This document shows positions 35,915 to 48,500 of a stretch of DNA of 64,000 nt, piece by piece. This DNA is from a virus: positions 37,846 through 101,845 of the IMG/VR virus record IMGVR_UViG_3300044730_000222; one strand, written 5' to 3'. The stretch's first letter is position 1; the number at the start of each line of letters is the position of its first letter. A model generated the notes under the pieces. The model did not search any database, was not told the origin of the DNA, and saw only the letters and a program-made list of their open reading frames with translations. Made by a program: the position numbers and the translations under genes.

Positions 35915-37065
35915 TATGAAACTCCGACAGTAAATCTAAATTCAATATAGTTGCTCGTGTTTGGGTTTTTAATAACAGTTTCTGCATTTGTATTTTTAAT
36001 AACAGAATACCCAGTTAATCCATAAAGCGGATTAATAGTAGAAACATTTTCTAGTCTTAAAGCATCGTATGCTATGTAATAATCTCCAGTTGGAACATCT
36101 GAGTTCTGGATAGACGTATAAATTTTAACAACAGTTACAGCATCCCAAGTAAAATTAGGAGTAACATAAAGATTTTGCAATTGCTCTGTTATTACATAAT
36201 ATCTATTTTCTTCAAAATCATAAGTTCCACCAGTACCAGAGCCATTATTTAATTCAATTTCAAATCTTGCAAACTCGCCAGATTCTTCTGCATCTGTTGA
36301 AGCAAAATCAACTAAAATACGAACGGTATCTGGAACAGCGCTAGAACTTCCATTTTTGCTTATTATAGAAAAGGCAAGTCTTAATTGATCTGTTGGAGCA
36401 TTCTTTGAAAAATCTACATCAGCACCAGTTAAATGAATGTGATTAGATCCTGGTTCAATATAAAAATGACCACTAGAACTTCCAGTTGAAGGATCAATAG
36501 TAAGGTCAGCATCGTCTCCAACTACCATAATCATATTATTTAAAAATCTACAACGCTCATATCTTGTTGTTCTTGGAGATTTGAAAAATATGGAGTTGTC
36601 AGCATTTGTTTGAAACACTGGATCTGCGGTAGCAATAATATTGTCATCATTAGGATCATCTAATGGCTCTGTAATTGTGGGAATAGCAGATGCAGATGAT
36701 TGATTATGATATTGCCAATTTTCTCCTTGTGTAAAAGCAAAGACAGTTTTGCTATCATAGGCTCCAGCAGATGGGTTTGACCCTGCTGAATATAGCCCTA
36801 TTTCTGTTATTTCATATCTTTCTTCTGTTGGTAATTCTGCTGTTAGGACTAATTTTTCTGTACCGCCATCATTTACGAAACCTCTTGAAGAAATTGGAAC
36901 CCTAAACATCTCAAAATCAAGATTCTCTTTTGCGGAGTAGTCTCCATATGGGTCAGCAGTTGCTAGGGGCTGTGCGCCGCATCCTACGGCTATATAAGAG
37001 GCATAGGCAGGTGCCTGCCCAAGAAGGTACTTACCAATAATAGCCTGTCCAGTATTTGTTATCAT
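35914..37065 (-). CDS. Minor tail / tail-tip protein
   Basis: MITNTG..II.KYL, YIAVG.G, ITEIGLY. Confidence 0.65.
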   Translation of the reverse strand: MITNTGQAIIGKYLLGQAPAYASYIAVGCGAQPLATADPYGDYSAKENLDFEMFRVPISSRGFVNDGGTEKLVLTAELPTEERYEITEIGLYSAGSNPSAGAYDSKTVFAFTQGENWQYHNQSSASAIPTITEPLDDPNDDNIIATADPVFQTNADNSIFFKSPRTTRYERCRFLNNMIMVVGDDADLTIDPSTGSSSGHFYIEPGSNHIHLTGADVDFSKNAPTDQLRLAFSIISKNGSSSAVPDTVRILVDFASTDAEESGEFARFEIELNNGSGTGGTYDFEENRYYVITEQLQNLYVTPNFTWDAVTVVKIYTSIQNSDVPTGDYYIAYDALRLENVSTINPLYGLTGYSVIKNTNAETVIKNPNTSNYIEFRFTVGVS

Positions 37066-37565
37066 AATTCCGCCTCATATATTGTACCACTTGTGGTTAT
37101 TTCTACCTGAATTTGTTCGCCATCTTCAATATTGATAACCTCAATAACCAGCCCACCATTATCTGTATCTATATAGATATGCTCTCCATTGGGACCATTG
37201 CCAACATTGGGCACCTTAGTTTCAAATTTAATTGAAAAGTTTCTAAAATATGTATCTGAGGTAGACTGAAGACTAACAATATTATTAGGGTTGTATTGTT
37301 GTTGAATTGTTGATAGATTTTTAATGGGCTGATAAATAATATTTTGACCATTTACTGTATCATTTCTAGCAATATTAATTAACTCTTGCCCTCCAATATT
37401 TTCAAACAGAAGATCTGCCATAACCTCTACTGGCGTTGTTTCTTCATTTAAAAGAATTGTATCTATTGGTGCAGTTAAAACTGGATTTACGGCAAAAGCA
37501 TTAATGTTAAGTCCAGCGCTGTTTGGAGTCATTGGTAATGGTGATACTGATGTATTTTCTGACAT
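37062..37565 (-). CDS. Minor tail protein
   Basis: Position in the tail module. Confidence 0.55.
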   Translation of the reverse strand: MSENTSVSPLPMTPNSAGLNINAFAVNPVLTAPIDTILLNEETTPVEVMADLLFENIGGQELINIARNDTVNGQNIIYQPIKNLSTIQQQYNPNNIVSLQSTSDTYFRNFSIKFETKVPNVGNGPNGEHIYIDTDNGGLVIEVINIEDGEQIQVEITTSGTIYEAEL

Positions 37566-37566
37566 A

Positions 37567-40500
37567 TTAAACCTCACTTAGATATAGCGTCATGCTTGGA
37601 CCATCTATATCTCTTTCATACTTAATATTATATATTACAAACCTATCTGATGTTGGGGCAACAAGATCAAGACCTGTAGAATCTTTGTAGTTGATTGTAA
37701 CTATGTCCCCAAGTTGTAGTGTTGGAATAGAGAACATATTTACACCTATAGCCTTTTTAGGAACCATAACCTTGTTAATAATCCAGCCCATTAACTGTTG
37801 TGCATCATCTTCACTCTGTATATATGGACTTTCAATTGCAAACTCATTCTTTCCATATATCATTCTGCTTTGTTTTATTTCATCATACTTTGCTTTTTCT
37901 ACAAGAGGTGATGTAATAATTGCACTACCCTGAAATTGTGGATTTGAGAGGTTGCTTGTTTTTCTAAAATACTCGTCTACTGTTAATTCGTAGGTGGTAT
38001 CCTGCGTAAATGTTATTCCCTGAATTCTCAGATAATTACCAGTTGTTTCGTCTAAGTTAAGAGCGGTGTCTGTTGCATTAAATATTAAAAACTCTGCTCC
38101 ATAAGAATCTGCCTGAAAACCAGATACCGTATATCCTTTAATTCTGTTTAAGGTTGGGGATAGTTGTGCATAAAGTGCTGGGTATGAACGATCATATTTT
38201 ATGTCAAAGTATGAGCATTCACGCATAATGGTGCCAAACTCATCAAAGTACATATTATATTTTGGTGGTTGCTCAGAACTTATTCCTGTGAGATATGTAG
38301 CCTGAATAATTCCGCTCATTGCATATTTACGAAATGACTCATTGGCATCAATGCCCTTATCTCCAAAAGCACTAGATAAGGTTTCTCCAACAGTAAACAC
38401 CGTGTTTTGTGAATAATTTTCTGCAAGGGCATAAACATTTTCAAACATTACTCTAGAAGATCCACGAACAAATGGTGCCATGTTGTTATAAATTGGAAGA
38501 GGATCTGTGTCATCAACTATCTGAATTAATTTATTATTAATATACAGGTAAAACCTGCGAGTAGTTCCAATGTCTTCATACTCTACTGATAGGTCATATA
38601 CCGTTGAATTTTCTTCTCCAGACATTCTGTACTGACCAGTAAACCTGCCATCATCTACAATTATATTAGTTAAACCACCCCAAAGTTTTACAGGGATTGC
38701 ATCATTACTTGAAGAGTCTTTTTTAATTTTATAAAACACAACATTGTTAATTGATATGTTTGGATTTCCAGCATTGTCTATCGTAATATATGATTCAATA
38801 TTGTCCTCTGTCATTGCCACTATTTCAAAGTAATAACCATTGTTTGTTTCTGGATTAAGCAATACCGCTATACCGCCAGACCCTCCACCAATGCTAATGT
38901 TTTGATTTGGCAATGCTCCAGTAACCTGGTAGTATGATGTGCTACCAATTGGAGTTTGTGCACGATTTTCATTATTCTCAATCTTGCCAATAATTCTCAT
39001 TCTTGTTCCAAATAGTTTATATGCATCGTCTAGATTTTTATAAACATAAGAAACAAAATTAAGTGGTGTTTCTGTAGTTTTAAAAGATGGACCATTCATA
39101 ACTAAAGCCGATGACTGCATTGTGCCTGCCTGAGTTGACTTTAAATCATTGACTGCAGTTTCAGTCAAATATGTTGTTGACATAAAGTTTTTAATAATAC
39201 CGTTTCTGGTTGTTTGTTTTGCTAAATCATTGCTAACTCCAGCAGCGCCAGTTGTAGTTGATGGGACTGCTGGATCTAGTTCAGTAGTAAACATGTATTG
39301 TGCTTGCATATCACACCCACGAACATAGGCATTGTCACTCCAGTAACTACTTATTCCAGCATTGTGTTCAACTATGGGTGTGCCAAACTGTCCACGACCA
39401 TGTTCGTAAACAGCCCCTGGCTGCAAACGCTCAATACCATCAATTGTTTCATAAAAAGGAACAGAATAAATACGAACTAATCCTGTGGGATAAATTTTTC
39501 CATTAAATGGAAGGGTAGAAAAATATCTTTGATACTCCTGATTACTACTTATCCAAACATTTCCAGTTCCTGTAATATTAAACTCAGCAGCATCAAACCT
39601 GATAATTTCTCCATTAGCATAGAAATATCCTTGATATCTTGTTAACCAGTATACGCTTTCACCTAGATCTATTGTGTTATTTATGACTACCCCGCCAGAT
39701 ACCACGGGTGGGGTTGCTGGTAAGTTAGAATTGATAGGCATAGCACCCAAAACATAGTTGCCTTGTTTTGCAGCAACCTCATTTATTGTCTTAGTGCTTT
39801 CCGTTCCCGCTACTTCCCACAAAAGGGCTGGCTTATAAATCCAAGTTTTTTCTCTATCAATCATGCTTGATTGTCTAATTGATCCATAAGATCTCTGCAA
39901 ATATCTTGTAGTATAAGAAATTTTTCCATCATTATATACTTTTTTATCTTGAGAAGCAATAGATACTATGTTTGGCAAATCTCCAGAAGAAGAATTTTCA
40001 ATAACACCAGTGTCAGATTGATTATTGTTTCCAAGTAATATAAAGTCTGTTGGTCTTTCATCTACAGTTGGCATCAAGTAATTTTTACTCATTACAACAA
40101 AATTATTATACTCATCAAAAAACATTGCTGTTTGTGTTGCTACTGCAAGTTGGTTTAAAACCTCTGCTACGTTTTGATCTGGGGCAACAAAGAAGTATGG
40201 TATGACGGGATCAGATTCTCCATCTATTCTTCTAAAAGTATAGTTTGTAAAACCAATATAGTCTAACAATGTAGTTATTGCAAAACTTAAAGATGCCTGA
40301 GTTAGTAATAATCGTGGTGCTGGCATAGACTCAAGGAAAAAATAAAAATCTCTTAATTCAATATTAATTGATCCCGCATCTACATCAGCCTGTGGGAGTC
40401 CCTCAGAGTACATGGTTTTAACGGGAATGTAATAATCATACAAAAAGCCGTCTGTGTCTTCTACGCTATTAACTACTTCATAAAATAAAAACTTAATATT

Positions 40501-41886
40501 TTTTCTTACATAGTCAGCAATGATACTAGACGAGTTGTTTTCATTAAATGCCTGATCATCATCAAAAACAGACATCGTTCCAGTTGATGCAAGTAATTGC
40601 CCTACTGGCAAAGATGTAACTCCAACATCTGATAATATTTTTGTAATATCATATTGAATTGTTTTATCTGATAAATCTACTAATAATCTTGGTGAGAACT
40701 CAATAAGATCAAATGTTGAATCAAATTTATTCATTACTTCAACAACAATTCTAATGCCACGCATATATTGAAACTCTCTGTAAGATGTTCCACCAGCAAC
40801 AGGATCTGTAAAGGATGCTGGCGAAGTTAGATCTGTTACAAAAGATGTTTCATTTGTAATTACTTCAGAGCCAAGAATCCACCCATATTCTGGTGTAAAG
40901 GTTTCGTAACTATCTCCATCCCAAATATAAAAATTTCCAATGTCTCCAGTATTTTGAATAACAAGATAAGCAGAGCCAACTAGCGGTGCCTCTGGAAGCA
41001 GCGTACTTGAAGATAATGTTTCTGCAAATCTATATATATCTTTATAAGCATCGGGAATAATTAATCCATATTGCAATTCAACATATCCGTCTGGTCCAAT
41101 AATTGCTGATCCATCTGCTCTTGTATCATTTTCTCTAAAAGTATATGCATCTACCCAATTATCCCCATTAAGATACTGCACTCTCCATCTTGTTGGAGTT
41201 CTTTTATTTTGTTCACCATATAATGGGTCAGATATTGATCCCGTTGCAGTACTATATGGTCCTAAATTAATATCTCCAACACCAGTTTGCATTTTTATCA
41301 CAATTCTATTTGCTGGAACTTGATTTTTATAAACTACAAAAGGAGCAGTATCATCTATATAGTTTAAACCATTTGATATATTTTTAGCAATTCCATATTC
41401 AACGTTATCTTCTGTTCTATAAGAAGTCCAATATCTAAACTGATCATATCTTGATGGCATATACCAACGTGGACGCTGTGCCATTGCTGAACCAGAATTT
41501 GGCAAATATGTTCCAGAAAAATATAAAGGCTTATTGATACCAGAACGTGGCCTAAATGGCCTTACACAATCCTCTAAAGAGTAAAGCATTTTCATTTTTT
41601 CTTTTAAAAGAGTAAACTGTTGTGGTGTTCCACTATTATCAAATCCACCATCTACTACTACATCTGCATCTGTGGCGCCTGTGTAATACCCGCCAGAATC
41701 CAAAGAATCAAAAATAACTGGCAAAGTAAAAAAGTCTGAGCCTGCCGTTGTTGGACGGTAGCGATAATTACCAAGCAAAAATATATTGTCTGGCATATTC
41801 ATATTCCACTCAGCAAGAACCAAAGATCTTAGTTGTATTGTTGCTGATGTTTCTAGATGAGTCTTTAATGTTTCATTAATAAACAT
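37567..41886 (-). CDS. Large tail-tip/hub protein (1439 aa)
   Basis: Second gene after tape measure; C-terminal LQLGDIVTI. Confidence 0.7.
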   Translation of the reverse strand: MFINETLKTHLETSATIQLRSLVLAEWNMNMPDNIFLLGNYRYRPTTAGSDFFTLPVIFDSLDSGGYYTGATDADVVVDGGFDNSGTPQQFTLLKEKMKMLYSLEDCVRPFRPRSGINKPLYFSGTYLPNSGSAMAQRPRWYMPSRYDQFRYWTSYRTEDNVEYGIAKNISNGLNYIDDTAPFVVYKNQVPANRIVIKMQTGVGDINLGPYSTATGSISDPLYGEQNKRTPTRWRVQYLNGDNWVDAYTFRENDTRADGSAIIGPDGYVELQYGLIIPDAYKDIYRFAETLSSSTLLPEAPLVGSAYLVIQNTGDIGNFYIWDGDSYETFTPEYGWILGSEVITNETSFVTDLTSPASFTDPVAGGTSYREFQYMRGIRIVVEVMNKFDSTFDLIEFSPRLLVDLSDKTIQYDITKILSDVGVTSLPVGQLLASTGTMSVFDDDQAFNENNSSSIIADYVRKNIKFLFYEVVNSVEDTDGFLYDYYIPVKTMYSEGLPQADVDAGSINIELRDFYFFLESMPAPRLLLTQASLSFAITTLLDYIGFTNYTFRRIDGESDPVIPYFFVAPDQNVAEVLNQLAVATQTAMFFDEYNNFVVMSKNYLMPTVDERPTDFILLGNNNQSDTGVIENSSSGDLPNIVSIASQDKKVYNDGKISYTTRYLQRSYGSIRQSSMIDREKTWIYKPALLWEVAGTESTKTINEVAAKQGNYVLGAMPINSNLPATPPVVSGGVVINNTIDLGESVYWLTRYQGYFYANGEIIRFDAAEFNITGTGNVWISSNQEYQRYFSTLPFNGKIYPTGLVRIYSVPFYETIDGIERLQPGAVYEHGRGQFGTPIVEHNAGISSYWSDNAYVRGCDMQAQYMFTTELDPAVPSTTTGAAGVSNDLAKQTTRNGIIKNFMSTTYLTETAVNDLKSTQAGTMQSSALVMNGPSFKTTETPLNFVSYVYKNLDDAYKLFGTRMRIIGKIENNENRAQTPIGSTSYYQVTGALPNQNISIGGGSGGIAVLLNPETNNGYYFEIVAMTEDNIESYITIDNAGNPNISINNVVFYKIKKDSSSNDAIPVKLWGGLTNIIVDDGRFTGQYRMSGEENSTVYDLSVEYEDIGTTRRFYLYINNKLIQIVDDTDPLPIYNNMAPFVRGSSRVMFENVYALAENYSQNTVFTVGETLSSAFGDKGIDANESFRKYAMSGIIQATYLTGISSEQPPKYNMYFDEFGTIMRECSYFDIKYDRSYPALYAQLSPTLNRIKGYTVSGFQADSYGAEFLIFNATDTALNLDETTGNYLRIQGITFTQDTTYELTVDEYFRKTSNLSNPQFQGSAIITSPLVEKAKYDEIKQSRMIYGKNEFAIESPYIQSEDDAQQLMGWIINKVMVPKKAIGVNMFSIPTLQLGDIVTINYKDSTGLDLVAPTSDRFVIYNIKYERDIDGPSMTLYLSEV

Positions 41887-42534
41887 TTAGACCTCTTCAA
41901 GGGTTAGATTTATATTCCAGAAATCATATGTGCTACCACCACGTTTTACGACAGAATAGTTAAAATCTGCAAAATAAACTTCAATAATTTGATTATATTG
42001 TGCTAGGTGTCCAAATGAAGCATCTGTGATTTCTCCACCTGTTTTAAAGTTGCTGTATTTATCATATGCTAGGTACATCCAAAATGGTCCAGGATGTGAT
42101 TGATACCAGTCTAATATTGCTACCCCGCCAGCACCGCCATCTGTTGTAAATTCTCCAGATGTATTTTTATATGGAGATATGCCAGTAGAATCAAAATCTG
42201 CCACCTCAAAATATGCACGGGATGGAAGCATATTCCAAGACATACTAATACTAAGTTTATCTGCGATATGGTATGAACGCATACGACCATTAATTGTGCG
42301 TTGACGCTTTTCAATTCTTTGTTGATCAAAACTAATTTCTCCACGATTATTGTCAGATAAGATTAAGAACTGATCAATTAAGTCTTGATCTGTACCGCCA
42401 GGAACAACAGCCCCAACTTCAAACCCATTTGGAAGATAAATACCACTTGTTAATGTGCCAGAATTGTTAGACCAAAGGACTGCTTCTGGGCGCTGATAGC
42501 GCTTACGACCTGTCATATATGCAGCGGTAGCCAT
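41887..42534 (-). CDS. Distal tail protein (putative)
   Basis: Directly after tape measure; RTINGRMRSY, ends LTLEEV. Confidence 0.6.
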   Translation of the reverse strand: MATAAYMTGRKRYQRPEAVLWSNNSGTLTSGIYLPNGFEVGAVVPGGTDQDLIDQFLILSDNNRGEISFDQQRIEKRQRTINGRMRSYHIADKLSISMSWNMLPSRAYFEVADFDSTGISPYKNTSGEFTTDGGAGGVAILDWYQSHPGPFWMYLAYDKYSNFKTGGEITDASFGHLAQYNQIIEVYFADFNYSVVKRGGSTYDFWNINLTLEEV

Positions 42535-42536
42535 AA

Positions 42537-45500
42537 TTAAACCCTTTGTCCCTTAATTCTTTGTGAATCAATTTGTTTAATCTGTGTCATTACTGATCTT
42601 GCAATTTCATCAGGATTTGCACCAGATTTAACATTTACGCTTATACTATAATTATACACTGAATCACCATTGTATGTGCCATCATTTATGGCTTTCATAT
42701 TATCAACACCAAAATCTTTTACAGCATATTTACTCATAATAAATTCTCCAGGGGATAACATGGCTGGTATTGTGTCGCTACCCCTTGCAAATCCTCCAAA
42801 ACCAAAATATTTTGGCTTTACCATTCCACCTTTTGCCAACATCTGCATCTCTCCATAGAATCCACCACCACCACCGCCGCCACTAGGCTTAGAAAGACTT
42901 TGTTGATATGCAATTGCTTGTCCAGTATATCTTGCAGTAGACGCTGCCAAAGATGGATCCATACCCTGAAGAGTTAGTCCAGAAAACATTGCATTCGCTA
43001 TATTTGATGCAGATTCGCCAACAGAAACCGCAGCCGCTACTGCATTATTAATTTCTTCGGTAGTGCCTGCTGCAATTATAGTGCTAATTGCGCCTTCTTT
43101 AATTACTTTTTCTAAGGCTAAGGCGGCAGCAGCCGCATCGGCAGCAGCAATTGCTGCTAGTGCTGCTGCATCTGCTGCTGCTTTGTCTGCTGCTGCTTTA
43201 TTTGGATCACTAGACTCTGAAGAATCTGCAACAACGCATGAGGAAAATGTAGATGATTGCATCAATCCATTAACATATTCTTCTATATAGTTTGCTTTTC
43301 CAGAAGCACACTTTGTCTTTGATACGGACTTTACAACAGTTTTAGTTTCTCTTACTACTGCACCACCACTACTGCCCACTTTATTATTTGCTGAATATGT
43401 TCCTCCCATCGCAATAGCAAGTTGTTTTGCAAGACCAATTGCTCTTTCTAATTCCTTATTAAAATTAAAAGTAGCAAGTTCTGCATCAAGAATTGCCAAT
43501 TCTACATCTCCCCAAGCGTCTTCTTCTGCCTGCAAACCAGCAAGAGCAGCCTCAGTTCTTTGTTGAACTTTTTCTAGTGTTAAACGTGCTGCATCTAATT
43601 TACTGTTTTCTATATCAAGTAGTGCTTGTGCAGGAAGCAATTCACTAAGCCTAATAGTAAGGATTTGGCGCTCTTTAATTTCTATTGCATCAAGTTCAAC
43701 CTTACGAGCCTTTTCAATATTATAAATATCATCTTCAATACCACGAAGAATTAATTGTTGCTGTTCTCTTTGTTCTCCAAGAGTATAAATTTGATCTGCA
43801 AGAACGCTCATTTCTCTATTCTTTATTTCTCTTGCTTGTTCAATTGCATATATTCTATCCTGTAATGCAAGAACTCTGATATCTACTAGTTCTCTTTGTT
43901 CTTCAAGAGCAAATATTTGTTGTCCAATAGCAAATTGTCTATCCTCAATTTGTTTTCTAGTCATACCGTTACTTGCAATAACACGACCAATTTCTTGCTC
44001 TCTTGCTAAACGTAAGTTATCAGATTGATCTCCAACAGCCTTTTGTGCAGCCTCATTTCTCATTTCTTGTGCTAGTTGAGCGGCAGCAGAAATATCGCCT
44101 TGTGATAAAGCATCCGCAAGAGATATTCTTGCTTTTTCTTGATTTGCTATATCCTGGTTTATATCTGATATTTTTTGTAATGATTCTTCTTGTTTATCAT
44201 ATTTTTCATTAATAGAATCAACAACTCTATCCATTAACTCTAACTCATTTGAAAGGTCGGATGATTCTTCCTGTAAGGCAGCAATTGGCCGTTCAAAATT
44301 AATATCAATACTACGAGACAATGCATCTATTTGAGACTGTAAATCTTCAATTGGTTTACTAAATTCTAGTTCAACACTGCGAGATAAGTCATCAGATAAC
44401 TCTTGTAGTCTTTCAATTTCTCTAGAAAGATCTGTTTCAATGCTGCGAGATAATTTTTCAGAAGCATCCTGTGCTGTCTTTAACGGTACATCAAACCTTA
44501 ACTCTATGGCAAGTTTTGCTTTATCAATTTCAGTTTGAATTGCATCAATTCTCTTTTGAATTACATTTACCGCTTCTTGTTCTACACGGACACGCTCCTC
44601 AGCAACCCTAACTGCTTCTTCTGCCTTTCTTTTTTCTGATCTAAACTGACGCTCAATTAATGCACGGCGCAACTGAAAATATTTATTTACTTGCGAAGAA
44701 ATTTCATCAATTTGTTTTTTAATTGCAGCAACTATATCTACCTTCATATCAATGCCTAATTGTAAGTCTGCATTAATTGTTACACCTTCAAGTACATCAA
44801 AAATATCTTTAATCTTATTTGCTATTTCTTCTGATGGTACTGCTCCAGATAGTAAATCACTAATTCCCTGCGCTAACTCTGGAGTATTTGCAATTTGTGC
44901 AAGTTGCTCTTTTGTAAAAGTACCGACGCTAATTCCTAATTCTTCTGATAATATTTTTTGTAACTCACCAGTTGTTGCACCAGTAAGTGCAGCAAGCGTT
45001 GTTTGCAGTTCAGTTGTTTTATCTCTAGTGGCTTGGGCAGTTTGTCTTAATGCTAAATTAAGAAGTTCTACCTCTTTCTTAGCCCGTTCTGCCTCATCTG
45101 CCATTGCTTTTAATTCATCTGGCTTAATGTCTTTACTTACAATAGCAATAGCCAATGATTCATCCTTGATCATTTCTAGTGCTTGACCATACTCAACACC
45201 AGCAGCACGTAGTTTTAAAAATGCTTGACGTTGTGCAATAGCCCCTTCTGCAGTGCGTTTTTGACTTTCTTGAAATTCTCCAATTGGTAACTCTGCAAAC
45301 GCCTCATTGGCAGCCTTGCCAAACTCAGTTAATACAACCTTGCCCTTCTTGGTGACCGTAATAAATTGAGCCATGGTTTCTTTATCTAAACCACTAACAA
45401 AATCTAAGAATCCTCTATTGGCCTGTATATCTTTACCAATTACTTTTCCTTTTTTATCTTTTGCTATAACACCCTCTTGTAGTTGCTGTAGCACACCAGA

Positions 45501-48500
45501 GAATTTATTTATTCCTTTACCCTGGGTAATTCTAAGAAGTTCTTTTACTCCACCCTCGGCATTAATAGCAGCATCACGAACCATCTTAAGTTTGTTGAGA
45601 AGATTATCAAGTGCTGTGTCTCTTCCTGCTCTATCCTTCTTTGTTCCATCGCCAGCGCCTGGTGGAACAACATCTGTTGTTGTAGGTGTACCATAAAATG
45701 TTTCAACATCAAGTTGTGCTAATTCTTCATCAGTTTTACCTTTAGCGCCCTCCATTGAAAAACTATAAACAATATCATATACTTCTTTATATTTTTTGCC
45801 CTGAGATGCTTCCATGGCTTTTTTCTTAGCATATCTGCTTAGCCATTCTGCTTTTGCTTCTGGATCCTGGAAATCTGTTCTAAACTGATAAAAAGTTAAA
45901 TATTTTTGTATTGCCTCTTTACGAACCTCTGGTGCAAGTTTTTTATAGTACTCCCAGTTTTCAATAATAGTATCAACGCCACCCTCTGGGAATCCAGCAG
46001 TTTTAAGAGCAATGGCTATTTCTTTGGGATCTTTAGAAAAATCAATTTCTTCTATTGCTGCTAGATCTCTGGAGAATTGCAATAGGCCGTCTTCTCCAAG
46101 ACCTTCAAGCATTACCTTCATATTTATTTCAGTACCATTAAGTTCACTAATTACAGCAATTGCTTTTGATGTTTGATCAAATTGTTCTGTTGGTAAAGCG
46201 GTAACTTTTAAGAAAATGTTTTGTGCTATTGCTTTTGCTTTTTTACCACTTCCAATTCCAGCAAGCAAAGATTGTAATTCAAATGTTTTTGCAGCACCTT
46301 GTGTTTTAACTGATAAGTTTAAAGCAGCACTAAGTGTTCCAAGATTTCCGCCTTCTGTACCACCAAACATCCTAATAATTGATTCAATTTGATCTGGGTT
46401 TGCTAATTTGTTTGCAAGCAAAAGTTGCATCTCTACTTCAAAGTCTTGGGCAGCCTCTGCGGATTCAAATCCTGCTTTTTTAAACTCATCCTGTCTAAAC
46501 GCATTTTCATCACTAATTTTTGAAAGTGTTTCAAGCAATCTATTTGCTGAAGTTTCAAAATCTGTGCCTTTAAAAATATCCTTAACTTTGCCTTTTAATG
46601 CATCAAAATATGCATCTTCTTCGGCATCTCCACCAAAAAGAGATCTCGTAGTTGTATTTTGTATTTCTTTAAATTGTTTTAATGAAATCTTAAGAGATTT
46701 AGCAACTTCAGCAGTTAATGTTTTTTCTCCAGCAATCTGTTGCGAAATAAGCATGTTGATCTCTTGCTGTATTCCAAGTTGTTCTTCTTTATCCTTGGTC
46801 ATAGCAAGTTGGTCTTTTTTAGCCTTTATTTGTTTTTCATAATAAATAGTAAATGCATCCAATTGTGCTTGAGCAAACTCTGCGCTTGTGCCAGCAAGTC
46901 CTGCAAGTTGTGCTGGAGCCTTGCGCCCCCCACCCACAACATCAGTTTCTTTAAGAAGTTCCCGTGCTTTTTTTCCTGATTCTTGGATTAGGTTAACCCT
47001 AGCCTTTAGTGGCTCTCTTAGCAAATCTTCTCCATTAGGACCAACAAGCATAGTTAATTCGCCAGTAATTCTTGCATATAATCCAGCATCTCCAAGATTA
47101 GTAGAGATCTGCTCTGCAACACTTCTGGCTTGTTCTGCTGTCATTACACCATCAGAAATATATGCACCCAATTGTAAAGCAAAGTCTTTTGCTGCTTTTT
47201 CTGTTCCATATACATCTTTGTTTGTCATAAATGCTTTATTAACTTGTTTGCCAATATCAGATGATAAGAACTGACTTCCAAACTGCCTTCCTACACGTCC
47301 TGCTTCATTATATTGTCCTAATACCCCGCTAGTTCTTCTTGTTGCCATTAACTCTGAAGCGCCAACTTTGCCAGTAATTTCAGAAACCTTTTTCATTTGC
47401 TCGGTTGTTGCAGTAATGCTTCTTATAAACTGTTCTTCTTTTCTTGCTCTTTCTGCCATTATTCTATTACCAGCATAGATTATTCCTGCAAATGCAAGGA
47501 CTGCAGCACCAGCAGCAACATATGGATTCATTAACAATGGAGCAAAACTTGCTAAGAAAGATGCACCCATCAATCCCATTCCAAGACCAGTATTGCCTGT
47601 TGCAAAGGCACCCATTGAGGCAACTCCTAGTCCAGCGCTAACTCCGCCAGCAATTTTACCAACCTTTGCTTTTCTTTCTGCTTGTTGAGTTTTCTTTTTA
47701 TCTTCAGCGCTTTGCTGAATCATTGCTGTTTCGTTCTTAATGGCATTAAGCCTTCTTGTTTCCCATCCACGTTTTGCAGCCTGAGATCTTTTTTCTTTTG
47801 CCGCCTCTTCTTGTGGACTTAAAATCATATATGATCTAGCAGCAACATTTCTTTTCTTTGCTGCAGCGCTTAATCCTGCAGACTGAGACTTGACTTCTGA
47901 ATCACCAACACCAAAACTTTGTGCCTTTTCCCCAGCAATCATTGCCTGAATTAATGGCTTATTGGCTGGATCTTGTGCTGACTCTGCAGGGATAACGGCC
48001 TCTCCAGGAGTAAGCATTGCAGGTACGGTGTCTGTTCCTTTTGCATAATATTTTACATTTTTTGTTCCACGATTAAATTTCTTTGGAAGTTTTGATGTTG
48101 CACCCGCTGCTCCTGCCTTACCACCAACAAAAAATCCTGGATTAGTAGCAGCCAAACGAGCAGCAGCAGCAGAAGCCTGATTGTATGCTATAGCAAGTTG
48201 TCTTGCAGCGGTAGCCTCAATATTAAATACCTCTATTAATTTTGTATGACCAGTGTTCATTGCTGCTGTCATTGAAACATTTTCTAATTCAGCAGTTGTC
48301 ATATAATTAAAAGTTGAACCAAGTACGGTAGATGCACCTGTTGCTTTTCTCATTATCATAGTAAAGCCCCATACTGCTTTAACAGTATTTCCTACTAAGT
48401 TACCAAACAGACCAAGGGCCATAAGTACTGCTGGAAAAGCAGTAGCAAATACTAATATAAATCTTTTTGTTCCATCTCCAAGTTCATTAAAGTTTTCAAT

